A program made the translations under genes and the position numbers. Below, in pieces: positions 27,801-39,727 of a DNA stretch of 64,000 nt. This stretch comes from Mobula hypostoma (lineage: Eukaryota): contig NC_086097.1 in NCBI RefSeq assembly GCF_963921235.1, positions 146,942,001-147,006,000 of the forward strand. Direction: 5' to 3'. The notes under the pieces are model-generated. The model had not been told where the DNA came from. It saw only the letters and a list, made by a program, of their open reading frames with translations, and made no database searches. The stretch's first letter is position 1. Each line of letters starts with the position of its first letter.

Positions 27801-27970
27801 ACAGAATGATTGAAAGGCTATGAGCTCAGAGCACGACACATGTGAATTCTTTAAACCAAGCATCAATTACTGTGGTCACCTCATTGACACACAAGTTTAC
27901 ACAAGTGTACTGAGAAAATTCAAGCAGTGTTAATGCCCTAAGGCCAAAGGACATGTCACAGTTGCATTAA
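24870..27970 (+). mobile_element. Decayed Gypsy (Mag/K02A2.6-like) gag-pol relic without clear LTRs
   Basis: Gag AIDGKAYNLLRSLTAP, protease LELDTGSAVSVI, RT VRICDDFKVTIN and YLDDIIV. Gag is split by the hAT element. Confidence 0.85.
24951..26154 (+). mobile_element. Non-autonomous hAT (Buster/Charlie-type) DNA transposon
   Basis: Ends CAGCGGTCCCCAACC ... GGACCCCTG. Imperfect 8-bp TSD CAACAGAT / CAATAGAC. Internal hAT C-terminal dimerisation remnant FWIKVKAKY...LLPFPT.FCEAEFS...NRLDI. Confidence 0.9.
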
Positions 27971-28209
27971 AATCAACTTCGAAAGCAGAGAAACTGGAAA
28001 ACATTCATCATACAAAGCCCAGCTAGTGAACACAATGAGGACCGAAAAGTTTGTAGCTGCTGGAATCTGTCACAAGAGAAACTGCTGGAAGAATTTGGAG
28101 GGTCAGGCAGCACCTGTGAAGGCAAGGGGATATTCAGACTTCAGGTTGAGATCTCAAACGAGGAAAAAGAAGGAAAAGGGAAGTGGGGGGGAAAACCCAG
28201 AGTATGGGC

Positions 28210-28532
28210 AAGGGGTATTTCCCCCCCTCCCCTTTTCCTTCTCTCTGGGCCTCCTGTCCCATGATCCTCTCATATTCCTTTTGCCAATCACCTCTCCAGC
28301 TCGTGGCTCCATCCCTCCCCCTCCTGTCTTCTCCTATCATTTTGGATCTCCCCCTCCCCCTCCCACTTTCAAATCTCTCACTAGCTCTTCCTCCAGTTAG
28401 TCCTGACGAAGGGTCTCGGCCCGAAACGTCGACTGTACCTCTTCCTAGAGATGCTGCCTGGCCTGCTGCGTTCACCAGCAACTTTGATGTGTGTTGCTTG
28501 AATTTCCAGCATCTGCAGAATTCCTCGTGTTT
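28210..28532 (+). mobile_element. Penelope-like pLTR fragment
   Basis: Near-identical to the repeat at 61256-61565 and 61940-62270, which adjoins a GIY-YIG remnant; contains a hammerhead core. Confidence 0.75.
28399..28434 (+). ncRNA. Minimal type I hammerhead ribozyme motif (Penelope-associated)
   Basis: AGTC-CTGACGA-A-GGGTC TC GGCCC-GAAACGTC-GACT: stem I AGTC/GACT, intact CUGANGA and GAAA core, stem II, palindromic ACGT stem III and GUC cleavage triplet. Confidence 0.75.
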
Positions 28533-28729
28533 ACAAATACCTAGCTAATATGTGCACTCGATACTTCATGGCCTTTCTTTTCCTAGCAATCACTATGCTT
28601 GGAGCCACTATAATTTCTATTGGTCAGTAACTAACTGAATTGAAATAGTTCTGCAAACTTTGAGGTAAAATCCCTGTGGAAAAACTGCAATTAGCTAATC
28701 AGCCTCGAGATAAATGATCGTTTGCTCAC

Positions 28730-29022
28730 CTGCATATTCATAAAAGCAAGACACTTCAGAGTTCCCTAAAGATTTATAATTGCCCTATCACAGCGGGTCG
28801 TTTGGAAATGACAAAATTTGAGCTGATATTGTGACAGTCAAAACATTTTGATGTAATTCATCATCTATTGTTCAAATACAAATCTTCACTTCACCTCCTC
28901 TTGCTCAAAAATATCTTCTTTTTATGTATTCAAAGTAGTATCCCAAAAAACGGATGAGGCCATTTGTGTCTTAGGATTCCTTAGAACTTCACAAATTTGG
29001 ATATATCCAATTGATGGTCATC
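28730..29022 (-). pseudogene. TMEM132-like exon relic (several stops, single frame)
   Basis: Donor CAG|GTGAG. Reads PSIGYIQICEVLRNPKTQMASSVFWDTTLNT*...MMNYIKMF*LSQYQLKFCHFQTTRCDRAIINL*GTLKCLAFMNMQ, like VMQIDVEV..PATQLVTWQVE and ILNTAILTG..VPVK..DGTVTELLESVEC. Acceptor AG apparently lost. Confidence 0.5.
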
Positions 29023-29208
29023 AATCAAAAGGAAAACAGACAGGTTTATTCAAGAGAAAAATATCAGGTGGGGTAGAAGTCTATCTCACTGGTCACAATA
29101 ATTCACATAAGAATGTTGCCATCCAGCCAGCTCACCCCTGGTAATTACCGCAGGTCAGTAAGATATGGCAAGTTATAAAAGAGACAAGTTATAACGTAAA
29201 GGCATGAC

Positions 29209-29416
29209 CATTGCTGATGTTTGCACAATATATTAAGGAGATGAACTCAGATTTTCACAAAGTAGATCACAGAAACACTCTCCAGATGCTGAATCTCTAC
29301 CTCTCAATGTTTCTTAATAAAGTGCTATTTCCCGAATTTTCTGGAAAGATGGCAGTGAATGCAAATGTATCCATTTCAATAGAAGGCTTATTATGAGTCT
29401 GGAAATTCAACGGTTG
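29209..29416 (-). pseudogene. TMEM132-like exon relic, 3' part (cohesin-like domain)
   Basis: Starts right after the CR1 tail. Reads QPLNFQTHNKPSIEMDTFAFTAIFPENSGNSTLLRNIER*RFSIWRVFL*STL*KSEFISLIYCANISN, like TMEM132D LTFPVS...EDRFTLRAK...SPSIWDVK...AVIVCQKK. Donor uncertain (29209 or 29136). Confidence 0.6.
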
Positions 29417-32400
29417 CATAAGACCATAAGGCATAGGATTAGTATTAGGCCAGTGAGCCTATTGAGTCTGCTCTGCCATTCCATCATGGCTAATCCTGGA
29501 TCCCACTCAACCCCGTACACCTGCCTTCCTGCCATATCCTTTGATGCTCTGACTGATCAGGAAATGATCAACCTTTGCTTTAGACCTGGCCTCCACCACA
29601 TGAATGTGACAGAGCATTCCACAGATTCGTCACTCTCTGGCTAAAAAAATTCCTCCTTACCTCTGTTCTAAAAGGATTGCCCCTCAGTTTTGAGACTGTA
29701 CCCTTTAGTTCTGGATACCTCTACCACAGGAAACATCCTCTCTACACCCACGCTATCTAATCCTTTCAACATTTGGTAGGTTTCAATGAGATCCTCCCAC
29801 ATTCTTCTAAATTCCAGTGAGTACAGGCCCAAAACTGCATAACGCTCCTCATATGTTAATCCCTTCATTCCCGGAATCATCCTTGTGAACCTCCTTTGGA
29901 CAAAACATCCTTTCTAAGAGATGAGGTCCAAAACTGTTGACAATACTCCAAGTGTAGCCTGACTAGTGCCTTATAAAGGATCAGCATTATCTCCTTGAAA
30001 TATTCTACCCCCCTTGAAATAAATGTCAACATTGCATTTGCCTTTTTTTTTTACCACAGACTCAACCTGTGAATTAACCTTCTGGGAGTTTTGCACAAGG
30101 ACTCTTAAGTTCCTCTGCAACTCTGATGTTTGAAGCTTTTCCCCATTTAGGTAATAATCTGCACTCTTGTTCCTTTTACCAAAATGCATCATCATACATT
30201 TTCCAACACTGTATTTCTTCTGCCACATTTTTGCCCATTCTTCTAATTTGTCTAAGTCCTGCAGCAATCGCATTGCTTCCTCAGCACTACCTACTACTCC
30301 ACCTATTTTCATATCGTCTATATGCTTTGCCAAAAAGCCATCAGTTCCATTATCCAAATCATTGACAATCAATGTGAAAAGTAACGGTCCCAATAATGAC
30401 CCCTGAGGGACACCGCTAGTCACTGGCAGCCAACCAGAAAAGGCTCCTTTTATTCCCACTCACTGCTTCCTGCCTGTCAGCCATTCCTCTATCAAAACCA
30501 GTATTTTTCCTGTAACACCATAGGACTTTATCTTGTTAAGCAGCCTTGTGTGGCACCTGATCAAATACCTTCTGAAAATCCAAGTAAATGACATCCACTG
30601 CCTCTCCTTTGTCCACCCTGCTTGTTACTTCCTCGAAGAATTCTAACAGATTTGTCAGGCAAGATTTCCTTTCATAGAAACCATGCTGACTTTGACTTAT
30701 ATTATCATTAGTCTCCAAGTACCCCAAAACCTTATCCTTAATAAAGGACTCCAACACTTTCCCAACCACTGAGGTTTGGCTAACTGGCTTACAATTTCCT
30801 TCCATTTGCATTCCTCCCTTCTTAAAGACTGGAGTGATATTTGTAATTTTCCAGTCCTCTGGGACCATGCCAGAAACAAGTGATCCTTGAAAGATCATGA
30901 CCAATGCATCTGTTATCTATTCAGCCACCTCTCTCAGAATTCTGTGATATAGTCCATCTGAGCCATGTGACTTATCCATCTTAAGACCTTTGAATTTGCC
31001 TAGCACTTCTTCTTTTGTAATAGCAATGGCACTCACTCCTGTTCCCTGACACTCACAGATCTCTGGCACACTGCTAGTGTCTTCCACAGGAAAGAATGAT
31101 GCAAATGTACCCGTTAAGTTTATCTGCCATTTCTTTGTCCCCCATTACTCCCTCAGCAGCGTCATTTTCAGTGGTCCAATACCAACTCTCACTTCCCTTT
31201 TACTCTTTATATAACTTGAAAAAAAATGGTATCCTGCTTTATATTATTGGCTAGATTGCCCTCATATTTCATCTTTTCCCTTAAAGATCTTTTAGTTGCC
31301 TTTTGTTGGATTTTAAAAGCTTCCCAATCATCCAACTTCTCACTCCCTTTTGCTACCTTATATGCCCTTTCCTTGACTTTTATGCAGTCCTTAACTTCCC
31401 TTGTCAGCCACGGTTGCCTACCCCTGCCATATGAGAACTTCTGTGGGACATATCTATCCTGGTGAACTATCCCTAGAACTGTCAGCCATCTCTGCTCAGC
31501 ACTCATCCCTGTCACTATCCTCCTCCAATCCACCTGGACAAGCTCCTCTCTCATGCCTCTGTAATTCCCTTTACTCCATTGTGATACTGATGCATGTGAT
31601 TTATGCTTATCCCTTTCAAATTGCAGTATGAATTCAATCCTATTATGATCACTGCCTCCTAAAAATTCCTTTACATTAAGCTCCCTAATAAGATCTGGGT
31701 TATTACACAACACCCAATGTAAGATAGCCTTTCCATGAGTAGGCTCAAGCACAAGCTGTTCTAAAAAGCCATCTCACAGGCATTCAACAAATTCCTTCTC
31801 TCGCGGTCCGTCACCAACCTGATTTTCCCAATTCCCCTGCATATTGAAATCCCTCATTACAATTGTGTCATTACTCTCATTACATGCCTTTTTCAGCTCC
31901 CTTTGCAAACTGAACCCCACACCTTGGCTACTATTTGGAGGCCTAGAGATGATTCCCATGATTTTTTTTACCTTTGCAGTTCCTTAACTCCACCCACAAA
32001 TATTCGACATTCTCTGATCCTATGTCACCTCTTTCTAAAGATGTAATTCCATCTCTTACTAACAGAGCCACACCACCGCCTATGCCTTCCTGCCTGTCCT
32101 TTCAATACAAAGTATATCCGTTGATGTTAAGCTCCCAACTACGGCTTTCTTTCAGCCACGACTCAGTGATGCCCACCATGTCATACTGATTAATCTCTAA
32201 TTGCACGAGTTCGTCCACCTTATTCTAAATTCTATGTGCATTTAAATACAGCACCTTCAGTCCTGCATTTTTCGCCCTTTTGAATTTTGCCTCTGTGATA
32301 CAATTCAACTCTTTACTCTGTCTGCATTTGTACCCAGTCATCGGCTTGTTCTTCCTTACATTCATGTTATGTTCGTCTTTTACTTGTAATCTTGCTGGCT

Positions 32401-34032
32401 CATCCTCAGCTCTATCATCGTGTTTCCCATCCCCCTGCCGTATTAGATTAAACCACTCCCAACAGCTCTAGTAAATCTGCCTACAAGAATATTGGTCCCC
32501 CTCAGATTCAAGTGCAACCCTTCCCTTTTGTACAGGTCCCACCTGCCCCAGAAGAGGTCTCAATTATCCAGAAATCTGAATCCCTGCCCTCCCTTCAATT
32601 CTTCAGTCACGCATTCATTTCCACCTCATTCTATTCCTATCCTCATTGTTGTATGGCACAGGAAGCAACCCCAAGATTACTTCCATTGAGGTCCTGCTTT
32701 TCAGCTTCCTTCCTAACTGTCTGTATTCTTTTGTCAGGACCTCCTCCCTTTTTCTTCTTACGCCATTGGTACCAATACGTACCATGACTTCTAGCTGCTC
32801 ACCCTCCCTTTTCAGGATATTGTGGACATATTCGGAAACATTGCGGACCCTGGCATCCATGTTTCCTTTACACATCCAAAGAATTGCCTACCTGTCCCCC
32901 TGACTTTACAGTCCCCTATAACTGCGGCTATCCTCTTCGGTTCCCTACCCTTTTGAGCCACAGGGCCAGACTGAGTGCCAAAGGCACGGTCACCATTGCT
33001 TCCCTCGGGTAGGTCATCCCCATCCCACCAAACGGTACTCAAAATGGAATATTTATTGTTGAGGGGGACAACCACAGGGATGCTCTCTTTTTATTTTCTT
33101 TTTAAATCTTTTTATTAATTATTATTGAAAATCAACAACAGAGAAAAATACATCAAAATAATTAAGACAACATATCCATATGTAGAATAAGAGTTAAACT
33201 ATCAACCAGGCTGAACAGTACATCAATAATAATCCAAAAAAAAAGTGTTAAAGCTTTTTAAAAAAGAAAGAAAAAACGAACCCCCGCTAACTAAAATAGA
33301 AAAAAACCCCTAATAACTAAAAAAAAACATGAAAAAAAACACTCATTTGGAGCACAAACCCGGAGCTATACGCCATACAAGCTTCCATAAAAAAAAGACA
33401 TCAAACCGCCAACCAAATCCATATACCCAAGCATCAGAAAAGGACCATCTTTATTAACTCAAGTCAAATGATAATAACGGGCAAAAGAACCCCACCTTTT
33501 CTCAAAGTCAAATCTAGGATCAAAAGTTCAACTTCTAATTTTTTCCAAACTAAGACATAACATCACCTGAGAGAACCATTGCATCAAAGTGGGAGCAGAG
33601 GAATCTTTCCATTTTAATAAAATAGCCCTTCTAGCCAATAATGTGATAAATGCTATTATTTATTGGTCAGATATAGAAATACCATGAATATGTTGAGGAA
33701 TTATACCAAACAAAACTGTCAATTTATTAGGTTGTAAATTGATTTTCAAAGCTTTTAATTGTAGAAAAAATAGATTTCCAAAATTGTTTCAATACAGAAC
33801 ACAACCAAAGCAGATGTGTCAATGTAGGTATCTCAGTTTTGCATCTATCACACTGACAATTTACATTAGGAAATATTTTAGACAATCTCTCCTTTGTCAA
33901 ATAATAACGATGTACAATTTTAAATTGTACATCCACTCTCTGATGTTTTCCCTTTCCTCTCCTGACAGTCACCCATTTATCTGTCTCCTGTAGCCTTTGG
34001 GTGACTACCTCCCTGTAGCTCCTGTCCATCAC
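29417..34032 (-). mobile_element. Near full-length decayed CR1 LINE (ORF1 esterase-like, ORF2 APE-RT)
   Basis: ORF1 VHNILKREGEQLEVMVRIGTNG, endonuclease GGSDHNRIEF, RT KSCLTNLLEFFE and [13 protein letters not shown]; tail at 29417. Hosts an L1 fragment. Confidence 0.92.
33086..33935 (-). mobile_element. L1-like LINE 3' end nested in the CR1
   Basis: QFKIVHRYYLTKERLSKIFP..CDRCK...THLLWLC zinc-binding region and an A-rich tail at ~33086-33115. Confidence 0.85.
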
Positions 34033-34119
34033 TGAAGTGGAGGCATTTGATCAATCCATCAAAAGACATCAGCAGATTGCAATAGATTTTGAAGTGAATG
34101 CATCCAAATGTACCAGAAC
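34033..34119 (-). pseudogene. TMEM132-like exon relic, 5' part (split by CR1 insertion)
   Basis: Strong acceptor tttcgctctacttctccccag|. Phase 0 reads VLVHLDAFTSKSIAIC*CLLMD*SNASTS and abuts the 5' end of the CR1. Confidence 0.55.
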
Positions 34120-35764
34120 CTGGGGAGAAGTAGAGCGAAACATAAAACACAGCTATCCAAATGCAGTCAAGGAAACATTCATCTTCAAGGTTATATACCA
34201 ACGGGTCCATCCCTGATTTCATGAACTCAAATCACAACACTTCTTTCAACTATCTGCAATAACTATCAAGGAGTTTTATATACTACATTCCATATATTTT
34301 ACCTCATCTTCACATTTTTACCACAGATACAAGAACTGACACACACCTCCCAGCTATTCATCAATGTATAATAATGACAAGGCCCATGTATATCACACGA
34401 TACTCAATGGTGCTCCCCTGTTCTTGCAGGGAAAGGTGGAGCATGATAATCAGCAGCAGAAAGCAACTGGAGGAGGGCAGAGCATTCATAGTCCTAATGA
34501 AGGGTCTCTGCCCGAAACGTTGACTGTTTACTCTTTTCCATAGATGTTGCTTGGCCTGCCGAGTTCCTCCAGCATTGTGTGTGGGTTGCTTTCATTTTTA
34601 AAGTCAGGCAGTCCAGGTGGTCACAGAAAGGAGCAGAGGTCAATAATCAAGATTTCTATGAACCTAACCTACCTATTCTCTTCACAATTTTCCTTTTCAT
34701 CCTATATCTCTTACACTCCCCATCAGAACCGAGAGAGTAAATAAAATTGCTTTAAGTTGCAAAGAAGGTGAGTTGGACAAAGGGAATATTTCTGATAGAG
34801 TGAGGTCAGGATGACTGTGAATAAAAGCTATTGGTGGAGTCATTATCAGAAGATACATAAGCTGCTCTTCCTGAAGTTCATGTTAGGTGCTAAAATAACA
34901 ATGCAGGAGCCCAGAGTCAGATAGTCAAGGTGGGAAAGGGATGGATACTTAAAGTGAAAGCAACAGGCATATCAGTATTGCCCTTGGGGCAGTGGTAGGT
35001 ACTTCACAAAATGGTTGCCCAGTCTATGTTTCATTTCTCTAAAGAAGATAAGATTACGAGTGCTGACTGTATTATACTAGATTAGAAAAAGGGCAGGTGA
35101 ATCACCTGAAATTACTTCTTGGTTCCACAGGTGGTGGTAGAGGAAAAGTAATTGGACAGGTGTTGCTGTGAGAAGTGAAGTTGGTGGTGGAGATGAAAGG
35201 GTAACAGAGGGAGTCAGGAAGAGGAAGATCCTTTGGGATTCTGAAAGCGGAGGATAGGGGAAGTTGTGTCTTGTTGTGGAGTTATATGGAAGGTGCTGGG
35301 TGATAGAGAAACTTTCATTATAGCTTGTAACCAGCATGCAAACTACATATCCTTTGAATACCTTTAACTGAAACTTAGGACTAAAGTGCTGTAAAGTCCT
35401 GGACAGTATTTATTTCAATCAAACTGTAGGTAATCATCCTGCACAGAAGATCATTTGGCCAGCTGGGCATGTGCTGTGTCTTTGTAGAATTTGGTCCCAT
35501 GACCCTGTTCTTTCTCTGTGAGCTTTCAAACACTTTGGAGGATTCATCCAACTTTTCTGAAAGCTCTTTTGAAACTACTTCAATACTCTTACATCAGTGC
35601 ATTCAAATACCTGCTGCTTCAAAATAAAAAAAATGCATGAATTTGAATTTATTGCCATATTCATGCGTATGCACAAGTGCAATGAAAAACAAATATGCAG
35701 CAGCATTGCAAGCACATTGTATCATTTAATCCGCATTCACAAGAAAAACTTAAAATAAACATAA

Positions 35765-36597
35765 ATAATTGAATTGAGTTGACTTTATTACTTACATCCT
35801 TCACATACATGAATACAAATCTTTACGTTACATCTCCATCTAAATGTGCAATGTGCAATTTATAGTAATTTGTAATAAATATTATGTACAACAGGACTGT
35901 CAATATAACATGGAAATACAGTTGTGTCAGCATGAATTAATCAGTCTGATGGCCTGGTGGAAGAAGCTGTACTGGAGCCTGTTGGTCCTGGCTCTTATCC
36001 TGTGGTACTGTTTCCCGGATGGTAGCAACTGGAACAGTTTGCGGTTGGGGTAACTCGGGTCCCCAATGATCCTTTGAGCCCTTTTTACACACCTGTCTTT
36101 ATAAATGTCCTGAATGGTGGAAAGTTCACATCTACAGGTGCGCTGGGCTGTCTGCACCACACTCTGTAGAGTCCTGTGATTGAGGGAAGTACGGTTCCCA
36201 TACCAGGCATCGATGCAGCCAGTCAGGATGCTCTCAATTGTGCTCCTGTAGAAAGATTTTAGGATTTGGAGACTCACACCAAACTTCTTCAACGTCTGAG
36301 GTGAAAGAGGCGCTGTTGTGCCTTTTTCACCACACAGCCGGTATGTACAGACCACCTGAGATCCTCGGTGATGTTTATGCTGAGGAACTGAAAGCTGTTC
36401 ACCCTCTCAACCCCAGATTCATCGGGGTCAAAAGGGGTTAGCCTGTCTCCATTTCTCCTGTAGTCCACAACCAGCTCCTTTTTTTTTGCGATATTGAGGG
36501 AGAGGTTGTTTTCTTGACACCACTGTGTCAGGGTGATGACTTCTTCCCTGTAGGCTGCTTCATTATTATTTGAGATTAGGCCAATCAGTGTAGTTTA
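35765..36597 (-). mobile_element. Rex1/Babar LINE 3' fragment, nested in another LINE remnant (~35640-37430)
   Basis: SFYRSTIESILTGCIDAWYGN...FFHQAIRLINS; same family and tail as 1605-4116. Confidence 0.85.
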
Positions 36598-37514
36598 CTT
36601 TGACAGGAAAGAACGCAATTAGAGCAAAAAAAAACAAGTCCATTTTCGTCCAAAGTGATCAAAGTGGGCATTTTGCTGCTAAACAGTAAGTGATTACGGC
36701 TTTGCCGGTTGGTTCGAAAGCTGAATGGTTGAAGGGAGGTAGCTATTCTTGAACTTGCTGGTGTGCAGCTTCAGGGTTTCTGCACCTCCTTCCCAATGAC
36801 AGCTGTGAAAAGATGGCATTGCCTGGACAGTGGGGAATTTTTGATGATAGATGTTGCCTACTTGAGGCTGCACCTCCTGTAGATATTATCAGTGGTGGTG
36901 AAGGATGTGCCTGTGTTGTTTTGGGCAGAGTCCATTACTCTCTGCAGCTTCTTACATTCCTGTGTATTTGAACCGCCATGATGCACCCAGTCAGGATATT
37001 TTCAACAACACACCTGTAGAGTTTTGTTAGAGTATTCAGTGACAAGCCAAACCTCCAAGAAAGTAAAGGTGCTGGTGCATTTTCCTTATTGCATCTATGT
37101 ATTTGACGCAAGGACAGGGCATCTGAGATGTTAACATCCAAGACTTTAAAGCTACTGACCCTCTCTACTGCAAATTCTCTAATGTTGAGTGATGGATGTT
37201 CACTCTTCTTCCCCTTCATGAAGGCAACAATCATTTCTTTAATCTTGCTGATGCTGAGTGAGCATTTGTTATTGTGACACCACCCAACCACGATTCCTAT
37301 CATGCCCCAATAAGCTGACTCATCACCATCCATTATTTTGAAGATGTGGACCTGTGCTTAGCCATACATTTCCGTGAATATATAGAGTCTATTAGGGGAT
37401 TATGCATGCAGCCTTGAGGTGCACTTGTGTCGATGATCTCCTCACTTACCCTCTGGTTCCTGTGCTACTAACTTAAACTGGTCACTGAATACCAATCCTC
37501 CTGACATTGAAAAT

Positions 37515-38041
37515 GTACTAGGTCTCCACTTTATTAGGTACACCTGCTCATTAATGCAACTATCTAATCCGTCAATCATGTGGCAGTAAATCAATGCATA
37601 AAAGCATGCAGACGCAGTCAAGATGTCATTTATTGTTCAGACCAAGCATCAGAATGTGGAAGACATATGACTTTGACCATGGAATGCCTGTTGGTGCCAG
37701 ATTGGATGGTTTGAGCATCTCAGAAATTGATCTCCTGTGATTGTCACGCACAACAGTCACTAGAGTTTACAGAGAGTGGTGTGATAAATAAAAAAAAATC
37801 CAGTGAGTGGTAGTTCTGTGGGTGAAAAGCCTTGTTAATGAGAGACGTCAGAGGAGATTGGCCAGCCTGATACAAGCGACATTAACTCAATTAACCATGC
37901 ACCATAACAGAACAGCATCTCTGAACAGACATGTTGAATCTTAAAGTGGATGGACTACAGCAGCAGAGGATCACAAACACACAATCAGTTGCCACTTTCT
38001 TAGGAACAGGAGATACCTAATAAAATGGCCACTGAGAGTAT
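37515..38041 (+). mobile_element. Tc1-derived non-autonomous element
   Basis: Inverted ends CCACTTTATTAGGTAC ... ACCTAATAAAATGGCCACTG; related to 59858-60380. Confidence 0.7.
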
Positions 38042-38884
38042 GTAATTATTCTACTCAATTTCTTGATAATTTGAGATGAGGTATATACTGAATTAGGACA
38101 TAAAAAATCTGGCCAAATATGTTTCTCTATTCCCACCTTTTCTTCCTGCTGTTTTTATAGTCTCCCTCAGCCTTCCATCTCTGATTTTTTTCTATTTTCC
38201 AGCCTCAGCTTGCTTTACTACAAATCAAACCTAACCAGACTCTTTAGTTATTCTTGCACCTTTCTCCCCAGTCTCCATCTACACGTCGGCAATCTCAAAG
38301 GCAAAGCTGATTTTTATTTTTAATGTTAGCGAGTTTTTGAGCCAAGATATTCAGCTGATGCATGCCTAGAGAGACTGTTTGTGCTTGTAGGGTTGGAAAT
38401 AAATAAGCTTAAAAATGTCATCTCTTAGATAAAATAAAAAAAAACTTAAATAAATATTGCTCAAATGTCTCTGCATATGGGCATAACCTTTACCTGATCT
38501 GCTGAATTTACTTAATCTTTTCAGGCACCACATTGACTTAATCTTTGTACGTTCTGTCCAGAGCTCATTCATTGCTTGCTTTGCAAGATCTCTGTTTTGC
38601 CCTTGAGGTTTTCCTTCATAATGTTTTTTATCAAGCATTTGTTCACCTGAAGCTGTACCATCTGTTCAGGAGTGGTATTAATTTTGAGTCACAAGAGTTT
38701 GCAAATGCCAGAAATCTGGGGCAACACAAAAAGGAGCTCGTGGAACTCAGTTGGTCAGGCTTAAACACTGACAAAGCAAATCTTTGTTGTTGAAATTTCA
38801 ACCCCACCTATAACTTCAATGACTGTGTAATAATTTAATCTGGAGCCAGTGTCTGGCAGGATCACAATAACCATGTTCAGATAC

Positions 38885-39244
38885 CTCAATATGGTTCCCC
38901 GAGTTATGCACGTAGAAATTGAGAAGAATGATTACAGTATTAGTACATGTCAGTCCAAAGAGAGCTCTGACTGATAGCTTATTACTGGGTAATTCAGTGA
39001 CATCCAAGGTCCAAAGAGTGATGAGCCACTTCATTTGATTCTGAGGTTGAAAAGTTGCAGAGAATGGCATGTTAGAATCTAATTGGGGTTCTAGGTAAAC
39101 AAAGAATTGGTGGATCTCACACAAGACCCCATTGTGAGAAGGACTAGTTCTGAGCAGAGTTAGTAGAGAGGGGTTGTAAGTCACTTCTGCAGTGCATGAC
39201 AACATACCTACAGCAATACAAGTTCGATGGAATGGACGGGTTTC
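38885..39244 (-). pseudogene. TMEM132-like exon, 360 nt, phase 0-0, open frame
   Basis: Acceptor tttccacttttgccacag|, donor GAG|GTATCT. 120 codons with no stop, starting ETRPFHRTCIAVGMLSCTAEVTY, like TMEM132 [24 protein letters not shown]. Confidence 0.7.
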
Positions 39245-39534
39245 CTGTGGCAAAAGTGGAAATATTACACTGGTCAATCAGCATCTGTGGAAGCAGAAAT
39301 ATAGCTAGTTTTAGGTTGATAATCGGATGGATGGTTCTTTACATGCCTTACTAACTGTGTAACTCGCCCCAGATGTAGCCATCCTGCTAAGTATTTACAG
39401 TATTTTCTCTCCCTTTTTAAAGTATCCAGCCTTTGGATATTTGCTTATCTTCCATAACTGTGGGCATTGTTGAGAAAGACAATCAAGTTGTGAAAGAGGA
39501 AAATGAATATATGGGAGCAGTCAGATTCCTGCTC

Positions 39535-39727
39535 CTGAAATCTGGCCACTATTTTGAAGCACTGCAATCCTTAATATGTGTGTTACTATAGTCAGGGTCT
39601 ACTATATTCCAGATGTTATAATAAAAAACACATACAAGTGCTTTCTCACAGATCATACATTTTTCCTTTGTTTCAAAGGACTGCATTTTCCTTTCTCCTA
39701 AATCAGGAAGTTGGACAAATTTCTTCC
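39535..39727 (-). pseudogene. TMEM132-like exon relic (phase 1 to 0, 1-nt frameshift, donor mutated)
   Basis: Acceptor gttttttgtttatggacag|. Reads KKFVQLPDLGERKMQSFETKEKCMICEKALVCVFYYNIWNIVDPDYSNTHIKD, then a frameshift to LQCFKIVARFQ, like TMEM132 WKLKAHILRDKV...VQVLFH...LPCLRVFAFR. At 193 nt it is one short of 3n+2. GA follows the final CAG instead of GT. Confidence 0.55.

Noticed and set aside
28026..28548. Overlapping Pro/Gly/Arg-rich ORFs (also at 61207-62274)
   Set aside because: Artefacts of the pyrimidine-rich Penelope-type repeat.
33727..34032. 101-aa ORF looking like a novel zinc-finger protein
   Set aside because: Chimera of CR1 ORF1 and the nested L1 3' fragment.
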